Shown here: positions 1-59,200 of the stretch, one piece after another | How the letters are laid out: every line of letters starts with the position of its first letter | Numbering within the stretch: position 1 is the stretch's first letter | Assembly (NCBI RefSeq): GCF_037042905.1 | Contig: NC_087251.1 | Coordinates: 43,588,001 to 43,652,000, forward strand | From: Lytechinus pictus | Lineage: Eukaryota | Reading direction: 5' to 3' | DNA: 64,000 bases | Made by a program: the position numbers and the translations under genes | The notes under the pieces: model-generated | The model's input: the letters and a program-made list of their open reading frames with translations, nothing else | What the model was told of the DNA's origin: nothing | The model's database searches: none

Positions 1-69
1 TTTGATGGTCCTTTACCTACAGATTTCACTGTATTCATATGATGACTATCTTTGATTTTCTTTATCAAG

Positions 70-162
70 TGCCAATTCATTAAGACGTGTTAATGATCAG
101 ATGATGCAGCTTGAACGGGCTTTTATTGATCCAGCCGGGCTACCGGACAGAAAATGGATAAG
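70..162 (+). CDS. Glutamate carboxypeptidase II / NAALADase (FOLH1/NAALAD2-like), penultimate coding exon
   Basis: Flanked by ttatcaag| and |gtaaga. Translates [30 protein letters not shown](R), matching the GCPII/PSMA C-terminal motif [20 protein letters not shown]. Paralog cannot be resolved. Confidence 0.93.
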
Positions 163-341
163 GTAAGATATAGAATATCATTGAAAAAAAAAAACATTAA
201 TTATTTTATTATTTCTCCTCATTCGCGGAGAAGAAAGAGGAAGAAGTATTTAAAATAACAGAGAAAGACCATGATGACTAAAATTGAGTATGGTAGAAAA
301 TGAAGAGGAAGGAGAGTAATAGGGAGAAGAGAAAGGAGAAG

Positions 342-1183
342 AAACAAGTGAAACGCCTCTAAGGCAGTCTCGGCTGCATTACGCGTTTTGATAAAGCAGC
401 AGTGCTGACTTTGAAAACAGCTTTTGAATAATTATTCACGCACAAAAAAATATTCATATGATAATAAACTACTGTCCATTGACCCACAATGGCCTTTAAC
501 CATGATCATGTGACCTAAGACGTGTGCAAAACAATAATTCCTTCTTGATTATCCTTATGTCTATATTTCATGTTATGATGCCAATTCAACAAATAACCCC
601 TAACATGGCGATAGCACATTGACCTTAAATGACCTTTGACCTTATTCATGTGACCTGAAACGTGCACAGGATATTCAGGATACATCGTTGCTCTTATGTC
701 GAAGTTTCATGAACTAGATCAATAAATTGTTAAAGTTATGACAAAAATTCACAAATACCCCCAATATTACCAAAGTTCGTTGACCCTAAATGACCTTTGA
801 CCTTGGTCATGTGACTTGAAACTTGCACAGGATTTTAAGGAATAATTGATTGCTCTTATGTCAAAGTTTCATGAACTAGATTCATAAAATGTCAAAGTTA
901 TTAACTTATTATGACAATTCCACAAATATCCCCAACATGGTCAAAGTTCATTGACCCTAAGTGACCTCTGACCTTGGTCATGTGGCATGAAACTCTGGCA
1001 GGATGTTTAGTAATAGTTGATTACCCTTATGTCTAAGTGTCATGAACTAGGTCCATACATTTTGTAAGTTATGACATTTCCAAAACTTAACCTTGGTTTA
1101 GATTTCAATGTTGACGACGTCGCCACCACCGCCGAAAAAGCGGCGCCTATAAGTCTCGCTCTGCTATGCAGGACAGACAAAAA
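342..1183. mobile_element. Helentron-associated (HINE/DINE-1-like) non-autonomous element with an internal ~160-170 bp tandem array
   Basis: Starts AACAAG. Subterminal inverted repeat gtctcggctgca (367) / tgcaggacagac (~1167). 3' hairpin followed by an A-run. About 4 internal units containing gacctttgacc. Confidence 0.55.
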
Positions 1184-1429
1184 GAAAACACACGTATCTA
1201 CTTTAAAAGCAAACTAGTATAACAGAATAACAAAGGTCTTGAACTTTATCCAACACTTTCAAAGCCTTCAAAAAGTACATACTCCAGATACATATTATAA
1301 GTACTGCAGTGTTATTGCATCATCAGTATCATTTTAAAAATTATTGTAATTATTATCATTATTATTGTTTTCGCTTTTCTTCTTCCATTTTCTTATTATT
1401 TTCATTTTCCACTATCAATCACAAAACAG

Positions 1430-1625
1430 ACATATCATCTATGCACCAAGTAGTGTCGATTCCTATGCCGGTACGGAGTTTCCTGCCGTTGTCGATTCTT
1501 TGTATCTCATTGCAGACGACCCCGATCAACAGGCTCGATGGGACAATGTGAAAAAGCAACTCGCCATATTAACATTCACGATCCAATCAGCAGCCAGTAC
1601 ACTCAATGACGTCACACAACTTTAA
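1430..1625 (+). CDS. Glutamate carboxypeptidase II / NAALADase, last coding exon (TfR-like dimerisation domain end)
   Basis: aaaacag| acceptor with phase matching the previous exon. HIIYAPSSVDSYAGTEFPAVVDSLY...QARWDNVKKQLAILTFTIQSAASTLNDVTQL* resembles PSMA HVIYAPSSHNKYAGESFP...FTVQAAAETL. TAA at 1623-1625. Confidence 0.93.
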
Positions 1626-2735
1626 CGGAAATGACATCACACAAGAGAGAGGTCAATTACATTGACCCTATGATACTGCTCACTGATTATAAATAAGACT
1701 ACTTCTGTGACTACTATTCAAAGTCATCACTTGTTACATAATTGATTAAAAACCTCTGTCTACAGATGAAGAAAATTGTATTCTTTTCAATTTAATTTCG
1801 TATGAATGAAATATATAAAGCCCAAATGATGAAAATAGAGAGGAAATTCATATTATTGTAAATTCATGATCTCAGATCTGTACAGTGATCATCATGTTTG
1901 GGACTATTCACTACCATTTTAAATACCACCTCGTGTGACCTTGATCATTTATTCTGGGCTGTGGTTTAATCGCTATAACATTTTAGTTAGATTAGAAATA
2001 TTGTTTGTATCACTTATTTCTTCTTGGAATTAACCTTTCTTTCTATTATTATTTTCTTATGTCATTTTAGATGTTTATTGGTATGTATGATGGTGTATTG
2101 TTTCAGTATGTATGTGGATACATAGTTTTCGATACAACCTAACAAGTTGCTGTAAATATAACTATAAAATTTTATTTGTACTAGTAAACTTGATATATTC
2201 TACTCAAAAATTTACATTGATATCCATACGGAGTTGATAGTAAAACTTAAATTCATTTAATCTACAAAAATGCTGTTTTTTCTTAAAGTTTGCATTATAC
2301 TTTTAAAGTTTAAAGCAAACTAGAATAATGTAAGAATTTATAGATAATATAGAACGTATTATAATCTAGAGACTAGTGTAATCATTCAGACTAATTTACA
2401 ACATATGCTGGGAAATTTCTTACATCGCTTTAGACTGAGCTTTGTCATTTCATCAGAATACATGCACGTCTTATAAACCCAAGTATCCGCTTGAGAGCGA
2501 TTGATTACTTGATCCCACCCCCTCCTGTGCCGAGCATGCGCACAGATTAGATGTAAAGACTTTTACCCCATCTAATTCAGAATGAGTACTTTGTATTTAC
2601 GATCTCCTTCATATAAATATGTTGTCAGATGGGATATAGATTGATTTTGATATTAATATTTCAATCATTAAAGTACTATTTGAATTGGAACTAATGTTGT
2701 ACATGTATTGATTTTATATCAGGTTCACATATATC

Positions 2736-4198
2736 CAGTGGCGTACCGTGGGTCACGGCATTGGGGGGGCACCAGAATTTTTTCTAGTCACTTAGTAAGC
2801 GCGCGAAGCCAGTTGCCAGATAAACTGACCTAATATAGACATTTTAAGGACAGTGCCATTAAACGGATATGTATTTCACTGATCGCATAATGCAAGCGCG
2901 AAGCGCGAGCTGATTTTTTTATATTCAGACCTAAAAAGGGATATTATAAGCAAATTTCTGTAATCATGATACATATCTATCTCGCTAAACAAACAATGCG
3001 AGCGCGAAGCGCGAGCTGAAATTTTTGTATACATTGACCCCAAACAGGGACATTTTGAGGACTACACTTTAGGAATCCATTAAGAGCATACATATCTCAC
3101 CATAGTCATCTAATGCGAGTGCCAAGCGCTTGCTGATTTTGTTACAATTATATACATCTAAACAGATGAAACACTTTTTAGTCATTGTAATCATGATTTT
3201 TACACGCATCACACTAATAAAATATTGCGAGCGCGAAGCGCGAGCTGAAAAATATAGGAAATTCAGATCTGAAGTGGACATTTTAAGGCTTGTTTGTAGG
3301 AATTCACGAAGACCATGCGTATTTTATTAACCAAATGATGCGAGCGCAAAGCGCGAGCTGAAATTTTTGTATACATTGACCACAAACAGGGATATTTTAA
3401 GGACTCCTTTTTTTTAGGAATCCATTAAGAGTACACAAATCTCACCATAGTCATCTAATGCGAGTGCCAAGCGCATACTGATTTTTTAGAATTACATCTA
3501 AACACATGAAGCACTTTTTGCAGTCATTGTAATCATAGTTATCATACGCATTTTACTAATCAATTAAGGCTTGTTTGTAGCAATTAACAAAGACCATGCG
3601 TAATTCACCAACCAAATGATGCAAGTGCGAATCGCAAGCTGAAAATTTTTGATATTCAGATCAGAAAAAAGGGACATTTTAAGGACTGATTTTAGGAATT
3701 CATGAAGAGCATACATATCTCACCAATCCACTAATGCGAACATAAGCACGGGCAGGAAATGTTTTATATTAAGACCTTAATATGGGACAATCACTTTAAG
3801 TAGTCATGAAAAAGAAGCATGTCACTACATAAAACAATAATTCAAAGTGCGAGGAAATCTATTTGGTGTATATTGACTTGAAAACGGGAGGTTTTAGTAC
3901 AATAGGATTATATATCTCGTTAAACAGACAATGCGAGCACCAGGAACAATGAAGACTTATAGGCCCTGAGCAAATTGCGTTTCATAAAGTTATGACATTT
4001 TTGAAATGTAATATAATATAACATAATTATTAGATAACATTATAATGAACAATAATTTCTTCTTTCCCATTACGTTTCTCTCCCTCTCTCTGTCTTCTCC
4101 TTTTCCCCGTTTTTTTTTTTTTTTTTTTTTTGCCAGCCGATTGGGGGGGCACGTGACCCCCCATGCCCCCCCCCCCCCCCCCCGTAGTTACGCCACTG
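2736..4198. mobile_element. Non-autonomous hAT-like DNA transposon
   Basis: TIR CAGTGGCGTA...TACGCCACTG with an exact 8-bp TSD CATATATC (2728-2735, 4199-4206). Internal gcgagcgcgaagcgcgagctg repeats. Confidence 0.85.
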
Positions 4199-4403
4199 CA
4201 TATATCCATTACATGCAGACGGGCCTATGTAAGTTTTTTTTTATTTGTATTTAGCATCTCATTCATATAAATATGTTGTCAGATGAAAATCTCTGGGGCA
4301 TTGACTTTCAAATGAGAAAAATAAAACTGACTCTTTCAGTATCTTGAAGTGATTGAAGATGTTGTATTGTGTACAATTACTGCAAATGTGACCCGATTTC
4401 ACT

Positions 4404-4510
4404 TCACCATCACCATCATCATCATCACCATCATCATCATCACCATCATCACCATCATCATCACAATCACCATCATCACAACCATCATCACCATCATCAT
4501 CACCATCATA
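4404..4510. repeat. (CAT/CAC)n microsatellite
   Basis: Imperfect trinucleotide run. Confidence 0.9.
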
Positions 4511-7500
4511 TTCATTGTGTGAATGATCGTGATGCATGATGTCATGCTATCATCTTTCTGGATCCCAGCTCAGTATTAGAGCTTGGTTCAGGAGCTTATT
4601 CCTCACTCTCAACACCAACAGAAACACCGTTTTTCATACCACTCAATATGTAAATCATCTTTAAACCAGAGGAAACTCTATCACACTGTCCACACTACAA
4701 CATAAAAGTCCAAGGAAACGACTCGAGTTGATTTCTCAAGGTTGAGTCTTATTCAATTCTTTTTTAAATGAGCTTTTCTTTGGCCACGATTTAAATGACC
4801 ATTAGTACAATAGAGAAAAATTCAAGATGATGACAAAGATGAAAACGAAAATTCATTATAATTTAAGAATAGAACATACAATCAGCTAAACATTTCAATA
4901 GCATTCAATAAATAGTCCTTGAACTGGTCTAGAACTAATAGAAAGCTCCTTAATGACTCTCTTTTCCCCATTTCCATAATACAATTCCTCTGATGCTAAG
5001 TCCATAAACACAAGTAGGAAGGCAAGTTGAAAAAAACACATAATCCACTCATTTCTTTAGTAATATATTCATATCTAAAAAAGAAATCATTACTCGCGCA
5101 TCTATTATCTACAATAATATTATCACAATCATATTAGTTTATATTCATATGTATACTTGGGTAAATATACAGGAATTTTCGACCTCACATTAAATCATAA
5201 AACATATGGTGACAGCATTGAGAACTATTATATTATATGCAGCCATATTCACATCACGACACTACATAGGAACAAAGTCCAACCTTGGAAATAACTCATA
5301 TAAATAGTAGGGGGAAAATGATAAGGTGTAAAAACTTTAACAGAACGGCAAGCGTGCAACTATACAGCAAAACATGTAATAAAAAAAAAATCTTTCCTTT
5401 CTCCGAAAGACCCGCTTCTCCGACATTTTATTCCATTCTACGGTAATACTTGAATGCCATATCAATTATTGAAATATTTTCTAAAAACGACCCTGTGTTA
5501 TTAACCCCTGCAGCCCCCCCTCCCAATAAAATGTCACGGTATCTCCTGATGATGCGACAGATGAATTGTCAAATAAGTCATATGCCAAAGTAGGTCCTCA
5601 TATGAGAGAGGAGACCAATTCGTGATGCACACAATCTGCCACACACAAAAAATATATAATGAATAAATACATACATAACAGAAGAAATAACTGAATGTGT
5701 TGATCAATTACACAAACCAATCATAGTAACAGTTGGTTTGGAATACTGCTATGAATAAATGGTCAGGAAGAAAAATCGAATTGAGAGTTTAAAGATGATC
5801 TTCAAAGGATTACCTTATTTGGCGTAGAATGCCAGGGACAAGCTAATGTGGGTCAACTAAGTAGTGCAAAAACTGCCTAAAAACAAAACAAAAATCAAAT
5901 AGGATAATGACGGTGCATCCTCATTATGGTTCGTTAAAACAAACTCCATACTACCGAATAAATCAAAATAATAAAAATTATCAATGCCTTAATTAGCATT
6001 TAGATAATTCATCTGCATTATTTTATTCAAATATTGCACAAACTAGATAAAGTAAATTCTAACAATGAACGAATCATAGAAATTGTCTTAATCTTGAATA
6101 TAATTGTATTAAGATGAATCAATCACATAATTGCAAAGAGAAATTAAAGAGTGGGAAAGAAATAGAGAGACCTGGGAATGACATCTAAGACAATCACTTT
6201 GATTCTGTGGTCTGAAATAAAATCAAATTCTGTGTTCTCACTTTACTCTATAACTTTGTTATAAATAAATTTGTTTTGTAATATGATCTTAAAGAATATT
6301 GCACAACATATATGTGCTAGCTTGCTTTCTTGATAGGTATTTCATACCTTTAACACTAAAAAAGGCATGGGGTACTGTTATCTAATGACTCTTTTCTAGT
6401 GAGCCCCATAAAAAGTATACGAAAAATACATATTCTGTTGATTTACCTGTACTGACCACACAGAAACGTTGTTAGCGTTACAATGCCTAATGTTACAACA
6501 ATGCATTACTTACGCATTGAAATAAATGTTTTTACTTCACAATCCGAAAGATGTGACTGGGCTTTCTGTTAGCACTCTGTTAAGCTAACGTTTCTGTGCA
6601 GCCGGCACTGAATGTTAAAGAAATATCTCAATTCAATTTCAAACAGCCAATTATTCAGGTTATCTTTTTTTTCCTCATAAAATGTGGCCCTGCACTCTAA
6701 AAACACAAAGGGCTGAAAGGGTGGTAAAAGGACGAGGAGTGACGGCATTTTTTACCATATTCAAAAACGCAGTCACTCCTCTGTCTCTTCTGGGGTGGTT
6801 TATTTACCCCGTCCCCTTCAATTTTAGAGGGTAATGAGATCAGAAAAAAAACTCCAGTAAAACTGTCAAAGATTGGTTTATTATGTTATGACTATCGTGG
6901 GGACTGGCAAATAAACAAACTCTGGCAAACAAAATTATGCCACTGACACTAAACGTATTGAAAAACTCTGGCAAACAAAATGCCAGTTATTCTTTTATGC
7001 AACAGGCCAATGGAGGGTGTTTCACAAAACTATTTGTAAGTTAAAAAGACTTTATGCACAACTGAAATATGTTCTCTGGAGCAAACACAGCTACAAAGGG
7101 ATATATCCTTTAGCACGAGAAAGGGTCACCAGATGTGTGTGTGTAAAGTCATTGGTACTTACAAACAGCTTTATGAAATATCCATAGGTTTATCAAGAAA
7201 AAGATATTGGTAGATTCACAAAAAGGGTGTGCAAAAAAAAGGAAGAAAGAAAGAAACGCCGTGAACGTATAAGAACTCATGTAGAATGAACATGAAGACA
7301 ATACACTGATACACATTATCATTCATGATTGGTTTGGATATTGATTTTATGCTACACCATGTACAGAAAATCGATCCCCTTAATCTCATGATATTGCATT
7401 CCTAGGATTACATAAACTGACGTAGTTTGCAGTCGACTTTAAGAAGCCTTAATAAAACATAACCCTAATGTTTGCATACCATGACGAAAGATGCAATTTT

Positions 7501-10318
7501 TTTATAGATTTTATCTTTTAAATCAAATTTTACTGATTTCTCATCATTAATACAGATTACAGAAAACAATACGACATACAAAAGTGTAAAGTGTAATGCC
7601 CAATAGACACATAGCGAATAATAGGGTTAACAAGTTATTTGAAAAATAAATGATTATTGATGGCATTCAAATTTTAACTTCTGTTTTTCATCAATTCCTT
7701 AGCAAAACAAATAGTATCAAATGATGGAACAGTATTGACTGATTTTAATCTTAAATTATCAAAGAACATGAGCAACTCTGAATGCCATTAGAGCAAGATT
7801 TGTATTGAACATATTTGAATACAAAATATTTGACAAAATTATATTTGACAAAATTATTTCATACATCACTTGAATACATGAATCATATTTCAACATGCTT
7901 ATCTGTTAAGTAGAATTGTAACATTAATTTTTTAATGATTTTCTTCCCATTTGTTTGAAATACAAAAAATTAAGAATTGAAAACGGTCTACGGGATTTAT
8001 GGAATACATCACTTTCAGTCATACCAACTTAGGAATACTTTAAATAAAACAACCTCTTGAAAATGAATACAGTGTGGGAAGGTTATAGTATAAAATATTA
8101 ACAAGGACCTGTAACATAAAGCCGAGTGATCAATCCCAGAGCTGATTTTTATGATCGATCATACACGATAGTCTATGCGATCAATTGTAGAAATAAGCTC
8201 AACAATCAATGCCTAGTCTTTGTGTTTAATACAGGGATCGGGTCTACCTCGTAATGCAAATACTACAAGATATATCAATAATGTTACATGTATGTGATCC
8301 AAATACGAGCCTTAGAAATTAGGAAAGAGAGATAAGAATAATAAGGTAAGACGAAAACATACATGAATTCCTCCTCCTATCTGTACAAATATTTCAAATA
8401 TATATGCATGGACGCAACAAATGTACATCACGTTATCGGCTTGATAAGAATACCTTAGACTGGGCCTGCCAGTTCAATAATCATCATGGACGCCAATGAC
8501 AAAGATGAAGAGTGAATAGATCTATTGTTACAAGGATAGCATGGGATATCTGGTACGTTCCGGATACGGAGCTTTGGTCATTAGAATCTCTCATCTCAAC
8601 ACTAGCCTCAAATAGATCTTAATAGTTCTCTTGCTTATTCCATATCTTTACATAATGCCATTTTCATGGACTTGCCCGATGGTGTTTGGGTTAGGGAAAT
8701 ACTTAGAATTTAACTGTAAAAAGGAAGGAATGTTTGTTTTAAGATGACGCCTAAACAAGTGAATTCACAAGGTGACTTACTGCCTATCAATAGCTTTGGC
8801 AATCTTATAAATAATGAATTCAATATTTAAAGATACAAACCCTGACATACTGTTCAGTCAGTTTCAAATACGCAGAATTCCAATCAAAGAAAGAAAGATG
8901 AACTCCAGAAAATATAAATTGTTAAGTTAGTATTAGATCCTGCGAACGAGGATGATTGAAATGAGGTCCGTGCCTGATGTTCATGAACAGCCATAATCTG
9001 CAACATAACTCTGGGATGGCTAACTTAATTTTACAACGATGAGGAGTACTAGGTGATATATCTGCAAGAAACAAGCGTGCTTGGCAAGCTACAATTGCTT
9101 TTAAAAAGCCTTAGAACCAGATAGATGAAACACTCTTTAATATTCATTTAATAATTTCTCTGATGATTCATAAGTTTTATAGAATGAAATTCAAATAATC
9201 GTTTGAACTGAACAACATTGCACAAAACTAACATGTCCGGTAATGGCATAATATAATATCTATACACATTTACAACTCTATACATTATATATATTTCAAT
9301 TCAAACAAAGAAATATAGTACAAACACGCACACACACACCCTCCCACACACACCTACACACCCATATCGGGTATGCATATGATCATACACACATCCACAC
9401 ACTCAAAATCTCTTCTTTCCTCGACACTGATACATGTATATTGAAATGGCAATCATATTCTCATCATTTGTGCACTAAATATGAAGAAGAAATGAAAAGT
9501 AAACAAAATAAAATACTGCTAATGTGTCAAATAACACCCAGCCAAATCGTGACTAATGATGTCCAAAAAATATAATACTAAAGGTTTGAAAATGCCTTCA
9601 TAAGCCCACTGGCTTGTACTGTCTAACAGAAATAAATAGAGATGCCCTCTTCATCTATAAGACCTAAGCTATATCCTATCTTTAATATAAAAAAGATAAA
9701 AATCCCCCTCCAGCATAAATAACCACAAACGTAAAAAGCTATTGAATGAATTTTTGTAATTTGCAGAATATCTACAGTACAAAGAGGCGGAGATCCCCCT
9801 TCTGTAAATCACATCACTTACGATTGCATTCCCTATAAACGTGCAATCATATTTTTTTGTGCTTTCATATCGACATGCAACTGCTCTAAATCACTAGAGT
9901 CTCCTCAGTCATCGTCTTCTGCTCCACGCAAGAAAAATAGCAACTTATCATAATTCAGGTGCCATTGATTATTGCAAGATGAATAGGACTAGCATTCCAT
10001 AGTTTTCTTTTTTTGTGCTTGGTGAGTGCAAAGTCTGCTATAGTAAAGTGACTGGTCTAAATTTAACTTCTATTGTGATGAACCAAGTGGATGCAGTTGT
10101 ATTGCTTCAAAATTTTCATTCAACCATGCCTTCACTCTTGCTCTTTCATTACATCTTTAATATCCTATCATAATAATCTGTCTGTAACTTTGAATCTCAT
10201 TAATGGATGGATTGAATAGTAGAATAGTTGGATGAAACGAGGGAGCATTGACTAAAAGTTCATCAAAGAGATGGATTTTAGGATTCACAAATATCGTACA
10301 TAGCCTAAAATCATGGCA

Positions 10319-10453
10319 TGTGACGTATCAAATTCTGAAAGCCATGTTTTAATAATTCAGCTTGTGACGTATCACATTCTGAAAGCCATGTTTGAATAAT
10401 TCAGCTTGTGACGTATCACATTCTGAAAGCCATGTTTTAATAATTCAGCTTGT
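10319..10453. repeat. 44-bp tandem repeat, 3 copies
   Basis: The tgacgtatca motif recurs at 10321, 10365 and 10409 with near-identical units. Confidence 0.9.
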
Positions 10454-11628
10454 TTTTACTTGCAACTCAGAACCATGTCATATAAAAGATTGGAATTAAT
10501 TGCAACTTTAACATGAAGATTCTGAATAAACAATCATCTGTCCTTAAAAACATTAGGTATGAAATGTTGATCATAAATTGCCTTCGTTATTTTGCGATCG
10601 CTTGCGAACTTTTCTCTTACAGTGCCCCTGAGCATAGGACAGAAATATTAGATATTGAATTTGACATCCACCATAATTATTGATAAAACTTTTATAAGAG
10701 GTTGAGGTCATCGTCACAGATTACTTGAAAGCTGGAAGTGATCATCTGTCATTTCCTGTCAGCGTATCAAAACAATAGAGGGACGTACAAACATAAGACG
10801 TTACCAATTGCCTCTGTACTCACACAGGGGTTGCATAAATGCGGGAAAGTAATGTTCCAAAATTATTCATGAACAAATGGAAAATTTTAAAAAGAAAAGT
10901 TCATTTGCCCCGGTAGCTTTCCATAGTATCAAAACAGTTGGCAGTTCATAGATAAGTCTTTAGCACGAGGGCAAAATGAATGGACACACTAACACGCACT
11001 TTTACTGATTTACAGCGCTATCGAAAATTTCATACTTTCTAATTTATGAATATTGGATTTATTATATATATTTTTTCTCTTATGATAGACACAAGTCAAC
11101 CATGAGCAAGGGGAAGTAAGACAAAGGTTTGTATATATATATACAAGGATATGACAAGTATTGATTGAGAAGTATACTTACATGCAAAAAATGACACTCG
11201 TAAGTATGTACACTGATAAATGTGATAAAAACTTTGTACACACTGTTGATTTTGATACATGTAAAAAGACATTCATTTGCGGATCAATTCATTTTACTGT
11301 CAGTGTCCTTACAGCTCTTGAGCAACCCTCATTCTTTTTTCCCCTCAAAGATTGTGCATGTTTTTAACACTCCCTAAAACTGATCTTGGAGGGTGTTTCA
11401 CAAAGATTTATAAGTTTGATTGCATATCAGACTTAAATTCCCAGTTGTGTGCAGCTTATAACACATTACTGCATTGGTCGGATCAGGTTCATGGGAAGAG
11501 CACCACTGCCTATCGATCACAAGTATCACTTGCAAGTTGGCACTTCAGTGCAACTCAAGTTACACTTGACTCTTGGTGAAACAACCCCCTGGTGATCCAG
11601 TGAAACCGACCCTACGAGAGAAGATCAG

Positions 11629-11899
11629 GGGCCCCGTCTTACAAAGAGTTACGATTGATCCAATCATTCGTAACTCTATGGAAATCCACCAGTGTCATAA
11701 TTTTTTCTACAGGAAATTTGCACAATGTCCTTTGTAAACAAAGAGAAGCACAGTGAATTTTCAAGAAAACAATGAATGCATGAATATACATCATAGTTAG
11801 AAAATATTTTGAACAAACATGCATAAATGGATGTTGCGTTGCTGGCCGTCCATAGTTCTGATTGATCAGATCTATTGCAACTCTTTGTAAGAGGGGACC
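11629..11899. mobile_element. ~270-bp MITE family A (Harbinger-like, CWG flanks)
   Basis: TIR gggccccgtcttacaaagagttacg / gcaactctttgtaagagggg. Homologous copies at 19311 and 35904. Confidence 0.8.
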
Positions 11900-12897
11900 C
11901 AGACATACTCCACTTTCTTCATGCTTTTATTCCTAAAAGCATCTTATAAGACACTCGTCCAAGATGCAATCATTGTCAATGCACATGGATATGGGAACGG
12001 GGTGTTACCTCTTTAGTGAAACGGGTCCGAATGAATAAGGTCTGCATTTTTGGCACTCGTATTTCTTCTTCAAATTATAACAAAGAAGTGAAAAATATTC
12101 CAATTACTGTACAAGATTTATTACTATCTAGGAATAATAATAATATTCAACATTTATACAGATCTTCATACCATAGTTGAAATGCTGCATATTGTACAAT
12201 TAGGAATGGCGAGCATATGAAATCAGGTAGATATCCAACACTGTAAACACTGGATCGCATGACTGAATATTTCTTAACAATATACCCTTCATGAAAAAAA
12301 AGTAATGATTCCCCTTAATTCCTGAGTGATTTTTATTAAAGAATATATATTTCTTAACATACATATTATGGAGGATATGAATATGAAGTATATTTTTGGA
12401 AGTACTCTATCCCATGTGCATTGACAATGATTATCAGGGGAGCGTTTCATCAGTGTTTGTCTTCCGAAAAGCCGTCAGATCTGACATCTCTCCTTGATTT
12501 TGATTGGCTGAGAAGCAGTTCAAATGGTAACTGTCAGATCCTTTCACGAAACGGTTCCCAGGTGGAAGGAACTCCATGGATCATCAAGTCTTGAAAAAGC
12601 CTGAACAGCCAATGAGGCAGCAACATGCTTCACCTAATGCGCCCAGGGCTCCCTCACTTAATCTTCCTCAAGACAATTGCATAAAAAAATGAATGTGGTA
12701 ACTTTGCTATCCAATGGTAACCTTCCTTGAAATCCTTGGTTCTGATTGGCTGATTAGCATTTGTAACCATGGCAGTTACCATTGAAAGGGAACGTTATCA
12801 CAATAGTGACTTTCATGCAACAGGGCCCTGGGGAACACACACATACACACACATGATCCGAGTGGTAGTTCTCACACACGATCTCTGGATGAGAAGG

Positions 12898-59200
<46,303 letters not shown>

